Virus record (IMG/VR): IMGVR_UViG_3300044229_003740
Span: 1-53,353 of that record
Strand: one strand, 5' to 3'
DNA: 53,353 nt
Source: a virus
Taxonomy: Duplodnaviria > Caudoviricetes
Position numbers and translations under genes: made by a program. Positions 1 through 8,892 of this stretch are shown in pieces. How positions within the stretch are numbered: position 1 is the stretch's first letter; the number at the start of each line of letters is the position of its first letter. The notes beneath the pieces are model-generated. The model made no database searches, was not told the DNA's origin, and was given only the letters and a program-made list of their open reading frames with translations.

Positions 1-708
1 TCAGGTCGCGTCGGCCTGGCGGCTCATTCCCTTGGGCGTCAGGCGCTTTTGGACATACAACAGTGAATAGTCAACGATAATCGCCAGTACGCTGACGGCA
101 ACCGCGCCGACGATCAGCTGACGGGGGTCTGACTGTGAAATGCCACGGCTGATGAAGGTGCCCAAGCCACCTGCGCCAATATAGGCCGCAATCGCCATCA
201 CGCCGATATTAAGCACCACGGCCGTACGAACCCCGGCCATGATGACCGGTATGGCGAGCGGGATCTCGACTAAACGGAGGCGTTGATTGGGGCTCATGCC
301 GATGCCTCTGGCCGCTTCCCGCAACGCGGGGTTCACGTTGTTTATCGCTGTGTAGGTATTACGAATGATGGGCAACTGGGAATAGAGCAGTACCGCAATA
401 ACGGCAGGTACGTAGCCGATGCCGTGCCCAATCAGCGATAGCACCGGAATCATGATGCCAAACAGTGCGATTGAAGGGATGGTGACGATAATCGAGGCCA
501 GATACAGCACCCCTTGAGCCAAGCGCTCGTTTTTGGTGATCGCGATGCCGATCGGCACGCCCGTCAATGTCGCTATGCCCACGGCAACACCGACAAGGGC
601 AATGTGCTCTAACGTTCGCGACAGCAGCAGGCCCGCACTGCCCAGGGCATATTGAAGTATTTCCAAGCGCAGCCTCCTTATTATAAAAATGAATAATGGC
701 CAGGGCAT
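1..708 (-). CDS. Host osmoprotectant (glycine betaine/choline/proline-type) ABC transporter permease
   Basis: Hydrophobic protein with TIPSIAL and EAARGIGMS (EAA loop) motifs of OpuBB/OsmW-type permeases; true start may be the TTG near 663. Confidence 0.85.
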   Translation of the reverse strand: MPWPLFIFIIRRLRLEILQYALGSAGLLLSRTLEHIALVGVAVGIATLTGVPIGIAITKNERLAQGVLYLASIIVTIPSIALFGIMIPVLSLIGHGIGYVPAVIAVLLYSQLPIIRNTYTAINNVNPALREAARGIGMSPNQRLRLVEIPLAIPVIMAGVRTAVVLNIGVMAIAAYIGAGGLGTFISRGISQSDPRQLIVGAVAVSVLAIIVDYSLLYVQKRLTPKGMSRQADAT

Positions 709-1087
709 GGTCCGTCAGGAGGCATCGCTCCTGCTTGCCTGTATGGAGGGGTTCAGCTTATCAAAAGGATGGCGTGATTATCGGGAATTGGCATGACGAT
801 GCGAAATAGGCTGAATTTGCGGTTTTTATATAACCCGGCACGATCCAGGTTCAATCACGCCTCAGACTGCTTGCTCAGCCGCTGTTCGAATTCATGGGCG
901 GGGATCGCGTGGCTGAACCAGAATCCCTGGCCCCAGCAGTTGCCGTCTGACATCTCTAGTACGCGTTGAAGTCGCTGAGTCGATGAAAGGCGTGTCTGGA
1001 GCCTAACAATAACTTGTGTTTTGGGGGGAAAGCAGAAATGCAGTTTGCGCCCAGCCTGGGCCCAAGGCTATTGTGAACGGTAAGCAC

Positions 1088-1122
1088 AAAAAAAGGCAGA
1101 CCAGTAAGTTACTGATCTGCCT
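1088..1122 (-). terminator. Intrinsic terminator, probably the native terminator of the tRNA gene displaced by the prophage
   Basis: AGGCAGATCAGTAA-C-TTACTGGTCTGCC hairpin followed by a T run on the minus strand, 10 bp outside the left att copy. Confidence 0.75.
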
Positions 1123-1132
1123 CTCGAAATAT

Positions 1133-1145
1133 TGGTAGCGGGGAC
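1133..1145 (+). repeat. Left attachment junction core TGGTAGCGGGGAC
   Basis: Identical to 53332-53344; lies at the host/phage boundary. Confidence 0.9.
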
Positions 1146-1231
1146 GCGATACCACCGTTAGAGGTAAGAATACTCTGATCTTAGAGCTATGCTTGAGGGA
1201 TTGTTAACGCCGATACGGCAGAGGAGGGGTG

Positions 1232-1342
1232 ATGCGCAAACTCACAGACGCCGAGCTAATCGCCAAGCTGCGAGAGCGGCCCTATGACCGGGCCGCGAGG
1301 GAGGCAGCGGATAGGCTCAAGGAATTGACGGGCAAGCGGTAG
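1232..1342 (+). CDS. Small 36-aa helical protein (not in ORF track)
   Basis: MRKLTDAELIAKLRERPYDRAAREAADRLKELTGKR*, preceded by GAGGAGGGG. Confidence 0.55.
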   Translation: MRKLTDAELIAKLRERPYDRAAREAADRLKELTGKR

Positions 1343-1450
1343 CTATCGCAGCGAGTCTTTGTCGTTGTGATACAGCCAGTAGATAAAGCCGACGATGCCG
1401 ACGACGGCGACAATCACTACGCCCGCTAATACAAAAAGTAGCGTCGACAT
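1343..1450 (-). CDS. Small 35-aa single-pass membrane protein (not in ORF track)
   Basis: MSTLLFVLAGVVIVAVVGIVGFIYWLYHNDKDSLR*, preceded by AGGAGG. Confidence 0.6.
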   Translation of the reverse strand: MSTLLFVLAGVVIVAVVGIVGFIYWLYHNDKDSLR

Positions 1451-1473
1451 AGAGCCTCCTGATTTTTGGGCAC

Positions 1474-1493
1474 AAAAAAACCGCTCAAGGCGG
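1474..1493 (-). terminator. Intrinsic terminator after tail genes
   Basis: CCGC-CTTGA-GCGG followed by T7 on the minus strand. Confidence 0.6.
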
Positions 1494-1524
1494 CGGCGGG
1501 GTTTGCTGCTTTGGTGGCCAGTGG

Positions 1525-1965
1525 CTACCGCTGGCTCGCATTCCTAAACAGTTCATCTATCTGCTCATCGCTGAGTCCCAAGTCAGCACCAAGCTGATTA
1601 AGCTCAGGACTCATGCGCTCAAACTCGGTAGCATCGTCCCAGAAGATCTGCACCATCGCGCGCTTTGTGTCATCGCTAATCGCGTCAATAGTGGGCTGTA
1701 TGCTCGATAACAGGCCGTCAGCGAGCAGTTGCTGCTTGCCTTGTCGACGCGATACCACGGCGCTTTCGCGCCAGTCCTGGAGCTGCTCCTCATTCATGGG
1801 CACGTCGGGATAGCCGTCGAACTCGGCCAGCGTGTTTCCCTCTGCGATCCACGCCTCGACATCGGCGTAAAGCTCGTTGCTTTCGGGCACGATTGCGCCT
1901 TTATGCACACGGCCGCAATCCTCTAGGCAGACGACGCGGCCTGCGGTTTTGTCTTTGCTGAACAT
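1525..1965 (-). CDS. Tail fibre-associated/assembly protein
   Basis: Directly follows the tail fibre gene; VSRRQ...W.DATEFER..P...LG..LGL...QIDELF pattern common after phage fibres. Confidence 0.6.
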   Translation of the reverse strand: MFSKDKTAGRVVCLEDCGRVHKGAIVPESNELYADVEAWIAEGNTLAEFDGYPDVPMNEEQLQDWRESAVVSRRQGKQQLLADGLLSSIQPTIDAISDDTKRAMVQIFWDDATEFERMSPELNQLGADLGLSDEQIDELFRNASQR

Positions 1966-4205
1966 TACTCACCTGCTTGTAGGTTAAGATGAGAACAAAC
2001 GCCCCTTGCTGTGTCGCTGATACCAGATGTATCGGGAGAAGCGTTCCAAAGAGAGGCCCTTGAGCCTGAATTAGAAGTGCTTACTGCATTTCCGCCGAGT
2101 CTGACTGACTTAATATTGTCAGCAAAAATGTTACCGCGGCCCTCTGCTATATCCTGCCAAGTCGTCGCTGTAGTTGCGGAAATATCGGCACCCCACTGAT
2201 ACATCGCTCCCGTTACCTGCTCGCAACCTATGGCGCTACGGTGTCCCGCTTGGTGCTGTGTTGTAGCGGGGTAGGTGCCTACCGATTGACGCTCGACCAC
2301 GCCGTAGGCGATAGACGTAAACTCGTTGTAAAAGGGCAAACGTTTTCCGGCTGCGCTGGCAATATCTACCGCGACCCACCACGACATGGAGCCATATACG
2401 TTGCTGCCGTTGCCACCGTAGGCGTCAGGAATTACCGGCTCACTCCCGTCGACAGCTATTTGTGCGCTGTTGCGAGAATAGCCATTAAGGCCGTATTCGG
2501 TGTCCATAAGGTAGATGTCAGCCCAGATGCCACATTTTGGGTCATGAACCATCGCGCGTGGGCTGGGTGCAACAGGCCGCCAGCTCAAATCCCAAAGAGA
2601 CCGCTCTGCTATCTCGCCCGTCAAGAAAACGTGGAAGCCACCAACAGCGCGACTGTCTGCCGGTGCTAAATCATCAGCATCTACCGCTTCAAGCGAGCCA
2701 TCTGCCAGCGCATAGATTGTGTAGTCAGTGCCGTTGCTCAGCGTCGGAAGCACGATAGCCGTGGAGGCGTCGACGTTGATGATCGTAGAGGCAACAATGA
2801 TCACCAGGTCACTCGCGGTCTCAAGCGTTGTGCTTGTAGGCGCTACCCAAGCAGGTTGACTGCTATCTGATTTTGTAAATCCTGAAGGCGTTACCGCCAC
2901 GGCCGTGCCTGCTGGGTCCGCGCCCACTTGGGCAGGCGTATGCGCGCTGGCCTTTTCTTCGTGTGCAGTGACAGCGGCGCTGGCCGTGCCTGCTGGGTCA
3001 GCGCCTACTTGGGCGGGTGTATGCGCGCTGGCCTTTTCTTCGTGTGCAGTGACAGCGGCGCTGGCCGTGCCTGCTGGGTCAGCGCCTACTTGGGCGGGTG
3101 TATGCGCGTTGCTCTTGGCTTCGTGCTCAGCGACCTTTGTTGTAGCAGTCCCGGCTGGATCAGCGCCTGCATCTGCTGGCGTTAGATCCACGGCCCCGGT
3201 CTTTCCTGCAACGCTTGCAACGCTGTCAGTGTTATCGATTTTCGACCAGCTGCCACCGCCGCCATCACCTGGCGTCCACAGCAGCATGTCTTTGTTGCGG
3301 TACTCAACACTGTTAATGGTTACCCCGTTGGCGGCACCGGTCACCAGCCAGTAGCTTGCACCGGCTGGTTCTGCTGGCAGCGAGCCAGTGCTGGCATCCC
3401 ACGCGCCTTGGGCAACCATGGCGTTGACGGCGCGCTGGCGGGCTATCTCAGCCCAGTGCCTGCCGGAAAGCTCGGTGCCGTCGCCCTCTGGCACCGGGGT
3501 ATCAATAGGGTAGTTCGCCCAATGCTTGGCTTCGAGGGCGCTTTCGGCGGCGGCGGTTCGATCCTCGCCAGTGGCTAATCTGTCGGCAGCGGTGGCGTCG
3601 GCGTCCTCGCCTGTCGCGATTCGATCAGCTGCGGTGGCGGCTGCGTCTTCACCAGTGGCCACTCGATCAAGCCCGGTTTGCTCTAGGTCAGCGGCCACCG
3701 CTTGGCGGTCCTCGCCAGTGGCCACCCGATCAGCGGCGGTGGCGGCGGCATCTTCGCCTGTCGCTACGCGATCGAGCCCGGTTTGCTGTCGATCTTCGCC
3801 CGTGGCTACTCGGTCAAGCGCGGTTTGCTCTGCGTCCGCGCTGGCACTTTGTTGGGCGGCGAGCGCTTCATCACGCAACGCCTGGAAATCAAGAATGATT
3901 TGCGGCGTCAGGGCTTCGTAACCAGTGTGAGCGACCAACAGTGCATTAAGATCCTGCTCAGTGTTATCGCTGTTGATCTGCACGCTGGTGGCCAGTGTGT
4001 AGAACGACTGACTGGTTTTCACGCGGATGTCGTAGGTGCCGTACTCAACGCTAATGGCGTAGTCGCCGCCGTTGTCGGTGGCTGCTTCCGCGTTGGTGTA
4101 GCTGAGCACGGCGCCCGAGGTACGCACCGCATCGAGGCGGATAACAGCATTGGGCAGTGGGTCGCCAAAGGGTGTTGTCAGGCGACCGGATAAGGCTAGG
4201 GGCAT
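1965..4205 (-). CDS. Side tail fibre with lambda Stf-like N-terminus, repeat-rich shaft and C-terminal Mtd-like (C-type lectin fold) receptor-binding domain
   Basis: N-terminus LSGRLTTPFGDPLPNAVIRLDA...GDYAISVEYGTYDI; C-terminal WD..WRP..PR.M...WADIYL, GKRLP.YNEF, GG....SNSGSRA..W...ARGVC.HL match Bordetella phage BPP-1 Mtd. Confidence 0.85.
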   Translation of the reverse strand: MPLALSGRLTTPFGDPLPNAVIRLDAVRTSGAVLSYTNAEAATDNGGDYAISVEYGTYDIRVKTSQSFYTLATSVQINSDNTEQDLNALLVAHTGYEALTPQIILDFQALRDEALAAQQSASADAEQTALDRVATGEDRQQTGLDRVATGEDAAATAADRVATGEDRQAVAADLEQTGLDRVATGEDAAATAADRIATGEDADATAADRLATGEDRTAAAESALEAKHWANYPIDTPVPEGDGTELSGRHWAEIARQRAVNAMVAQGAWDASTGSLPAEPAGASYWLVTGAANGVTINSVEYRNKDMLLWTPGDGGGGSWSKIDNTDSVASVAGKTGAVDLTPADAGADPAGTATTKVAEHEAKSNAHTPAQVGADPAGTASAAVTAHEEKASAHTPAQVGADPAGTASAAVTAHEEKASAHTPAQVGADPAGTAVAVTPSGFTKSDSSQPAWVAPTSTTLETASDLVIIVASTIINVDASTAIVLPTLSNGTDYTIYALADGSLEAVDADDLAPADSRAVGGFHVFLTGEIAERSLWDLSWRPVAPSPRAMVHDPKCGIWADIYLMDTEYGLNGYSRNSAQIAVDGSEPVIPDAYGGNGSNVYGSMSWWVAVDIASAAGKRLPFYNEFTSIAYGVVERQSVGTYPATTQHQAGHRSAIGCEQVTGAMYQWGADISATTATTWQDIAEGRGNIFADNIKSVRLGGNAVSTSNSGSRASLWNASPDTSGISDTARGVCSHLNLQAGE
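2901..3108 (-). repeat. 81-bp tandem repeat (~2.6 near-identical copies) encoding HTPAQVGADPAGTASAAVTAHEEKASA
   Basis: Units begin GGCCGTGCCTGCTGGGTC at ~2901, ~2982 and ~3063. Confidence 0.9.
3555..3835 (-). repeat. Degenerate 42-bp (14-aa) repeats DR(V/I/L)ATGED in the tail fibre shaft
   Basis: About six DR.ATGED units in the translation. Confidence 0.8.
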
Positions 4206-4214
4206 GAAATTCTC

Positions 4215-7200
4215 CTATCGTTTTACGCCAAGGCATGAAAGGGATGAAAGCTCCGCCCAGGTTTCGCCATTTCCGTAATTAAACGCTGTCATTTCTAGGC
4301 TGTAGGTGTGAGATCCCGAACCGGGCGACCTTATTACCGTGGCTGAGAATGGCTTAGTGGCCGAGTTGCTGTTTGTTTCAAAATTTTCGACTATTTGTTT
4401 TCTGAAAACAGTAGAGCCATCTTCCTTTAATGTTACATATACCGCTGATCCCGCTCCTGCATCTGCGTAAACGATGGCGCTTACAGTTACCATTATGCTA
4501 CCTCCCTCAGCGTCAAGCGTGGCCGAGTGAAGAGAAACGCTATTGTTGATGTTGGTTACGTAAAAATACCTCTTGCCTATAGACGACGAAGCGGCTGGCA
4601 CTGTAACCGCATTTTCACCTATTTGGAGAGACCCAACTTGTGCGTCAGCAATTTGAGCCGAGGTAATCGCCGCGTTTTGAATTTTCGCGCTAGTGATAGC
4701 GCCGTCTTGAATCTGCGCATTGCTGATAGAGGCGTTCTTTATTTGAGCCCAATCCACATTGAGCTGATCGACAGCGATGTACTCGGCCTGCAGCTTGCCG
4801 TTCTGGAAGATCAGCGAGCCGTCACTGGCGCGTAGCTTCGTGAACGTGAGGCTTTGGATGAGCGCTTCTTTGAGATACAGCGCGCCATCGGTAAAGATGA
4901 ACGGGATCACTTCCTGTGCGCCGTCACCGGGCTGGGCGATGTAGAAGCGATCGGCGAGCACGCCGAAATCGAACACGTCCTGGTCTTCATCGTAAGCGGT
5001 ACCAAACCCCGCGACGCGGCCGCCGCCGGTAATGTTGAGCACATAGCTTGAATTCAGGCCGTCAATGTTCTGACTCAGGTCGGAAAACAGATCCGTCTGC
5101 TTAATCTGACCTGAAATCACCTGCATGATCTTGCTAGGGTCGTTCTCGGTGGTGGCCTGCACCGGGTACCAATCGCTGACGCCGTAGGCATTGATGCCGC
5201 GCACGTAGTAGTAATACGTGGTGGCGGGCGTTAGCTCGGTATCGGTCAAGCTGCTGGCCACGGCGCGGCGAATGGCGTTGCTCTCGATCACGCTTTCATC
5301 AAGCGCGGTCGTCGCGCGCCAGAACTCCCACTGCTGACCAGGGCGACCACCATTGGGGATCAGCGTCACGGTGAACGTGCCCACCTCGATGTTGATGCTA
5401 TCCGGCGGGATGGGCAGCAGCAGCCCTGCCACGTTGGTCGTAAGCGCTACCCAGGGCGATAGCGTGCCGGTGCCGGTCACGCCACGCACCCGCACCATCC
5501 ACTGGCCGGATGCCGCATCGAGTATGTCGAACGACGTGCCCGGCCCACTATGGGCGACGCGCCACTTGACGTCGTTCGGCCCCTGCACCTCGGCGATGTA
5601 GTTCGTGACTCGGGCGTCATCGCTCGGTGTCCAGCTAATGGTCAGACCCTGATGCTCGGTGCCGCCCGCAATGTACCGGAATGACTCCACGCTGATATTG
5701 AATGGCGCCACGACTGGCCCAGTCGGGATCAGCGAATAATCAGGTTCGGCAAGATCAAGACCAAGCTCGATGCGCCCGTATTTCGTCGGGTCATGCTCAA
5801 GCGCGCTGATTTGATAAACGCCCGACTCCTGCTCGGTGACGCTCAGCACACGGAACTGACGCGGCTCGACGGACTGGCTTGACAGCAGCCAAATCGCACC
5901 CCGAATAGGCTCAGCCGATAGCGGGTCAACCAGCGTGACGGTGTTGCCGCTAAACGTTGCGACCTCGCGCCGCTCAATGCCGCCGCTGGGCAGAAGGGCG
6001 TCAAAATACCAGTCGTCACCCCTGGCGGATTCCGGCACTTGGTCAAGCTCGAGCGTTTGCAGCCCTGTTGTGACAATGCGCCCACCCAGGCGCGCACCCG
6101 CCGTGGTCGGATCAGATAGCGCGATCAGGTCGCCGGGGCGCACGTCCGCATGATCAACGCCAGCGGAGTAGGTCACGGTTTCGGTTTCGGCTCGCTCGCT
6201 GGCCAGCATCCACTTGCCCAACCGATGGGCTTGGCCGCGCGATGTGCAGGCCACAGCGGTAACATCGAGCTGCTTCCACCCAAGTTGCTGGATGGCGTCG
6301 GCATCCTCGACCACCTCAACCTGCAAGCGGAAGTTGTCGTCAGGGTCATTCCAGCTCACGAGCGCGACTGAGTGACGCGCCTTGAGCGCTGAGCCGCTGT
6401 ACTCGAACTCGCCATCGATGACGTTTGCTGGAGTGACGAGCTTGACCGGATCGGCGGGCATGTCCGCAACCGGCATAACGGTATTCGCGCCCCAGTAGGT
6501 CATGCCACGGAAAGCGGATGCTAGGGTATTGAGCGCGGTGATTGCCTCCTCACGACTGCTGAGGACGGTGTTAAAGGTAAAGCGCGGCTCCTGTTCGCCG
6601 TAACCGTTGGGCACAAGCTCGTCGCAATACTGAGCGATTTGATAGAGACCCCACTTATCGACTGACTCCAGCCCGGCGCCGTAGCGTTGGCTGGTTGCCA
6701 GATCGAGAAAGCACCACGCCGGGTTATCGCTCCATGCCAACTTGTACGATCCGTCCCATAGGCCGGAATACGTGCGCGTCGCCGGGTCGTAGTTGCTCGG
6801 CACGCGGACAATGAGGCCCTTGACGTCATACGAACGCTTGGGAATCTGATTGCCGAACTGCGCAGCGTCGACCTCAAGCCCCACCAGGGCGGTGTCGGGA
6901 TATTGCAGCTTGGCGTCGATAACCTCCGTATACGTGGCCCAGTAGGTTTGATTGCGTAGCGTAGCCGAATCGCTATCGGCGGTAAGGCGGCGAACGCGAA
7001 CATCCCAGGGGCCGCTGCCGTTTAAGTCAATGCGGTAGGTGCGTTGGTAGGGCGAGGTCGTCTTGCCCTGGATAGTGTCCGTCTTGCGCTGCACCCAAGA
7101 CCCGCCATCAGGGCGCACGTCGATGGCAATATCGACGAACGTGCCCAGCAGGTCGACATTTTCTTTATCTTGAAAGGTAAGGGTAGGTAGCTGCACCGTG

Positions 7201-7610
7201 ACGCGCACAGCATCAGCGTCCAGGTTACCCACGGTGCGCACCACTGGCGTATCAGCCAACACCTCGACCGATACATCATTAGCGGTTTCAACCGCTGGAA
7301 AGCCAGCGATATGCGCCTGATCAGGGTCACCGTCTCGCGTGTGAACGGTCACGCCCTGGAAGTTGTAGTCGCCGCCTTCGTCTTGCAGCGGGGTGTCATC
7401 CAAAAAGATCGACTTCATGCCATCGGCAAGGCCGACAATAGGGCCTTCACACAGTGCGTCGATGATGCGCGCCTTGCTGGTAGAGCGCAGCGTATTAGGC
7501 GCTTCTCGGGGCGTGCGTGCGCTTCCGCCGCCGCCTTTGCCGCCGCCCTCGCCGTAGAGCGAATCTTGCACGTCGGCTTGATACGCCTCGTCCATTGTCG
7601 GGTCGCTCAT
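4215..7610 (-). CDS. Tail tip / host specificity protein J
   Basis: GGKGGGGS..TP.EAPNTL.S start, CEGPI.GL, WSDNPAW, C.SRGQAHR.GKW motifs of the lambda gpJ family; FN3-like and AQI repeats in the C-terminal half. Confidence 0.92.
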   Translation of the reverse strand: MSDPTMDEAYQADVQDSLYGEGGGKGGGGSARTPREAPNTLRSTSKARIIDALCEGPIVGLADGMKSIFLDDTPLQDEGGDYNFQGVTVHTRDGDPDQAHIAGFPAVETANDVSVEVLADTPVVRTVGNLDADAVRVTVQLPTLTFQDKENVDLLGTFVDIAIDVRPDGGSWVQRKTDTIQGKTTSPYQRTYRIDLNGSGPWDVRVRRLTADSDSATLRNQTYWATYTEVIDAKLQYPDTALVGLEVDAAQFGNQIPKRSYDVKGLIVRVPSNYDPATRTYSGLWDGSYKLAWSDNPAWCFLDLATSQRYGAGLESVDKWGLYQIAQYCDELVPNGYGEQEPRFTFNTVLSSREEAITALNTLASAFRGMTYWGANTVMPVADMPADPVKLVTPANVIDGEFEYSGSALKARHSVALVSWNDPDDNFRLQVEVVEDADAIQQLGWKQLDVTAVACTSRGQAHRLGKWMLASERAETETVTYSAGVDHADVRPGDLIALSDPTTAGARLGGRIVTTGLQTLELDQVPESARGDDWYFDALLPSGGIERREVATFSGNTVTLVDPLSAEPIRGAIWLLSSQSVEPRQFRVLSVTEQESGVYQISALEHDPTKYGRIELGLDLAEPDYSLIPTGPVVAPFNISVESFRYIAGGTEHQGLTISWTPSDDARVTNYIAEVQGPNDVKWRVAHSGPGTSFDILDAASGQWMVRVRGVTGTGTLSPWVALTTNVAGLLLPIPPDSINIEVGTFTVTLIPNGGRPGQQWEFWRATTALDESVIESNAIRRAVASSLTDTELTPATTYYYYVRGINAYGVSDWYPVQATTENDPSKIMQVISGQIKQTDLFSDLSQNIDGLNSSYVLNITGGGRVAGFGTAYDEDQDVFDFGVLADRFYIAQPGDGAQEVIPFIFTDGALYLKEALIQSLTFTKLRASDGSLIFQNGKLQAEYIAVDQLNVDWAQIKNASISNAQIQDGAITSAKIQNAAITSAQIADAQVGSLQIGENAVTVPAASSSIGKRYFYVTNINNSVSLHSATLDAEGGSIMVTVSAIVYADAGAGSAVYVTLKEDGSTVFRKQIVENFETNSNSATKPFSATVIRSPGSGSHTYSLEMTAFNYGNGETWAELSSLSCLGVKR

Positions 7611-8170
7611 GCGTCTAGCTCCTCCGAGGTCATGCCTGCGCTCACTACAACGGAGCCGGTCTTGATGCGGCCATAGACGACGGGCACGGGGAGGCCCTGG
7701 GTCGAGGTGTTTACTGGGCCATCGAACAGGAACGATGGGCGCTGGTCGGGGCTTTCTCGGTCGTCGTAATTGGAGTCGGGAGAAGGGGCGAGCATTTGAG
7801 CAACGCCGCCAAGGGCTAGACCAACGCCCGCATTGAATAAAAACGGCTGCAAAGGCCCGGCAAAGAAGCTGACAGCAATCAAAGCCGCACCGGCAATTGT
7901 TTGCAAAATGCCGTCACCAGCGCCTTCTGCGATGGGCAATATATGAATCTCGTTCTGATTGCCAAGCCCCACGGTCAAGCCCTCCTCATTCAGCGATTCG
8001 CCGTCTTCCAGAGGCCCGCGAATCACATGCCAACTACCCGCCTCAACCGCTTCACGAAAGCCCTTGATCTGGGTCGTCAGCGCCCGCACGGCTTCCGCAG
8101 GGTCGCGAACGTCTAACGAAAAACGCTCACCGAAGTGAGCGAGCGAGCCGTGCAGGATGATCTGTTTCAT
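7607..8170 (-). CDS. Tail assembly protein I
   Basis: I.LHGSL..FG start, SFLFDGPVNT..QG.PVPVVYG...GSVVVSAG. Confidence 0.9.
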   Translation of the reverse strand: MKQIILHGSLAHFGERFSLDVRDPAEAVRALTTQIKGFREAVEAGSWHVIRGPLEDGESLNEEGLTVGLGNQNEIHILPIAEGAGDGILQTIAGAALIAVSFFAGPLQPFLFNAGVGLALGGVAQMLAPSPDSNYDDRESPDQRPSFLFDGPVNTSTQGLPVPVVYGRIKTGSVVVSAGMTSEELDA

Positions 8171-8892
8171 TATTCCCTCGCGGTGTGTCGCATCCAGTGA
8201 GTGATGTAGGGCAGCCAGCGGCCGATAGGTTCGCGGCGCGACAGGCGGGCAGGATCAACGGGCTGTCGAGCGGACGGGTGATGCAGCGCCAAACCATTCT
8301 CAAGCACAATGCCGCCATGGCTGGGCACGTCGCTGCGCAGTTGGGCCAGCCACATGTCGCCGGGCATGGCCTCGCTGCGCTCAATGCGCCGAAAGCCCGC
8401 CTCGGCAAAGCCATCAAGATAGAGATTGCCGCCGTTACGCCACCATTCCCACGAGCGCGGGTATTCAGGCAGGTCGATGCCCAACTCCATCGCGTAGTAG
8501 TCGCGGATCAGCGAATAGCAGTCGGTGATGCCGTGGACAAAGCCGCGCCCAAGCAGCGGCTCACGCTCACTATGGCCCCACCAGCGAATAGGCGTCGTGG
8601 CCTGGCCATCGGTGGCGACGATACCCCAGGGCACGCCGCTCGATAGCTGTCCACGCATGTCGGCCTCGCTCGGGCAGTCAGGGAAGTCGGGGTGGCTGTG
8701 CACCACGGCCAGCAGGCCGCGCTTTACCGCTGCCGCCATACTGCGCTTATCGACGCGGAAGGTCTGAGTAGGCTCGCTGGCGATGTTCTTGACCTGGCGG
8801 CATCCGCTTTTGTCGATCAGCCAAACGGCCTCGTTGGGGTAGGCAGCCACGGCCTGCTTGCGTATTTGCTCAGCATATTGGTCAAACATCAT
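8170..8892 (-). CDS. Tail assembly protein K (JAB + NlpC/P60)
   Basis: YPNEA, VVHSHPD, PSEAD, LLGRGFVHGITDCYSLIRDYY. Confidence 0.92.
   Translation of the reverse strand: MMFDQYAEQIRKQAVAAYPNEAVWLIDKSGCRQVKNIASEPTQTFRVDKRSMAAAVKRGLLAVVHSHPDFPDCPSEADMRGQLSSGVPWGIVATDGQATTPIRWWGHSEREPLLGRGFVHGITDCYSLIRDYYAMELGIDLPEYPRSWEWWRNGGNLYLDGFAEAGFRRIERSEAMPGDMWLAQLRSDVPSHGGIVLENGLALHHPSARQPVDPARLSRREPIGRWLPYITHWMRHTARE

Noticed and set aside
1525-1965. Possible avd gene of a DGR downstream of the Mtd-like domain
   Set aside because: Sequence resembles common tail-fibre-associated proteins rather than the Avd four-helix bundle, and no reverse transcriptase or template repeat is visible
2901-3835. Repeat arrays as a CRISPR array
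   Set aside because: In-frame coding tandem repeats with no unique spacers; no cas genes in the window
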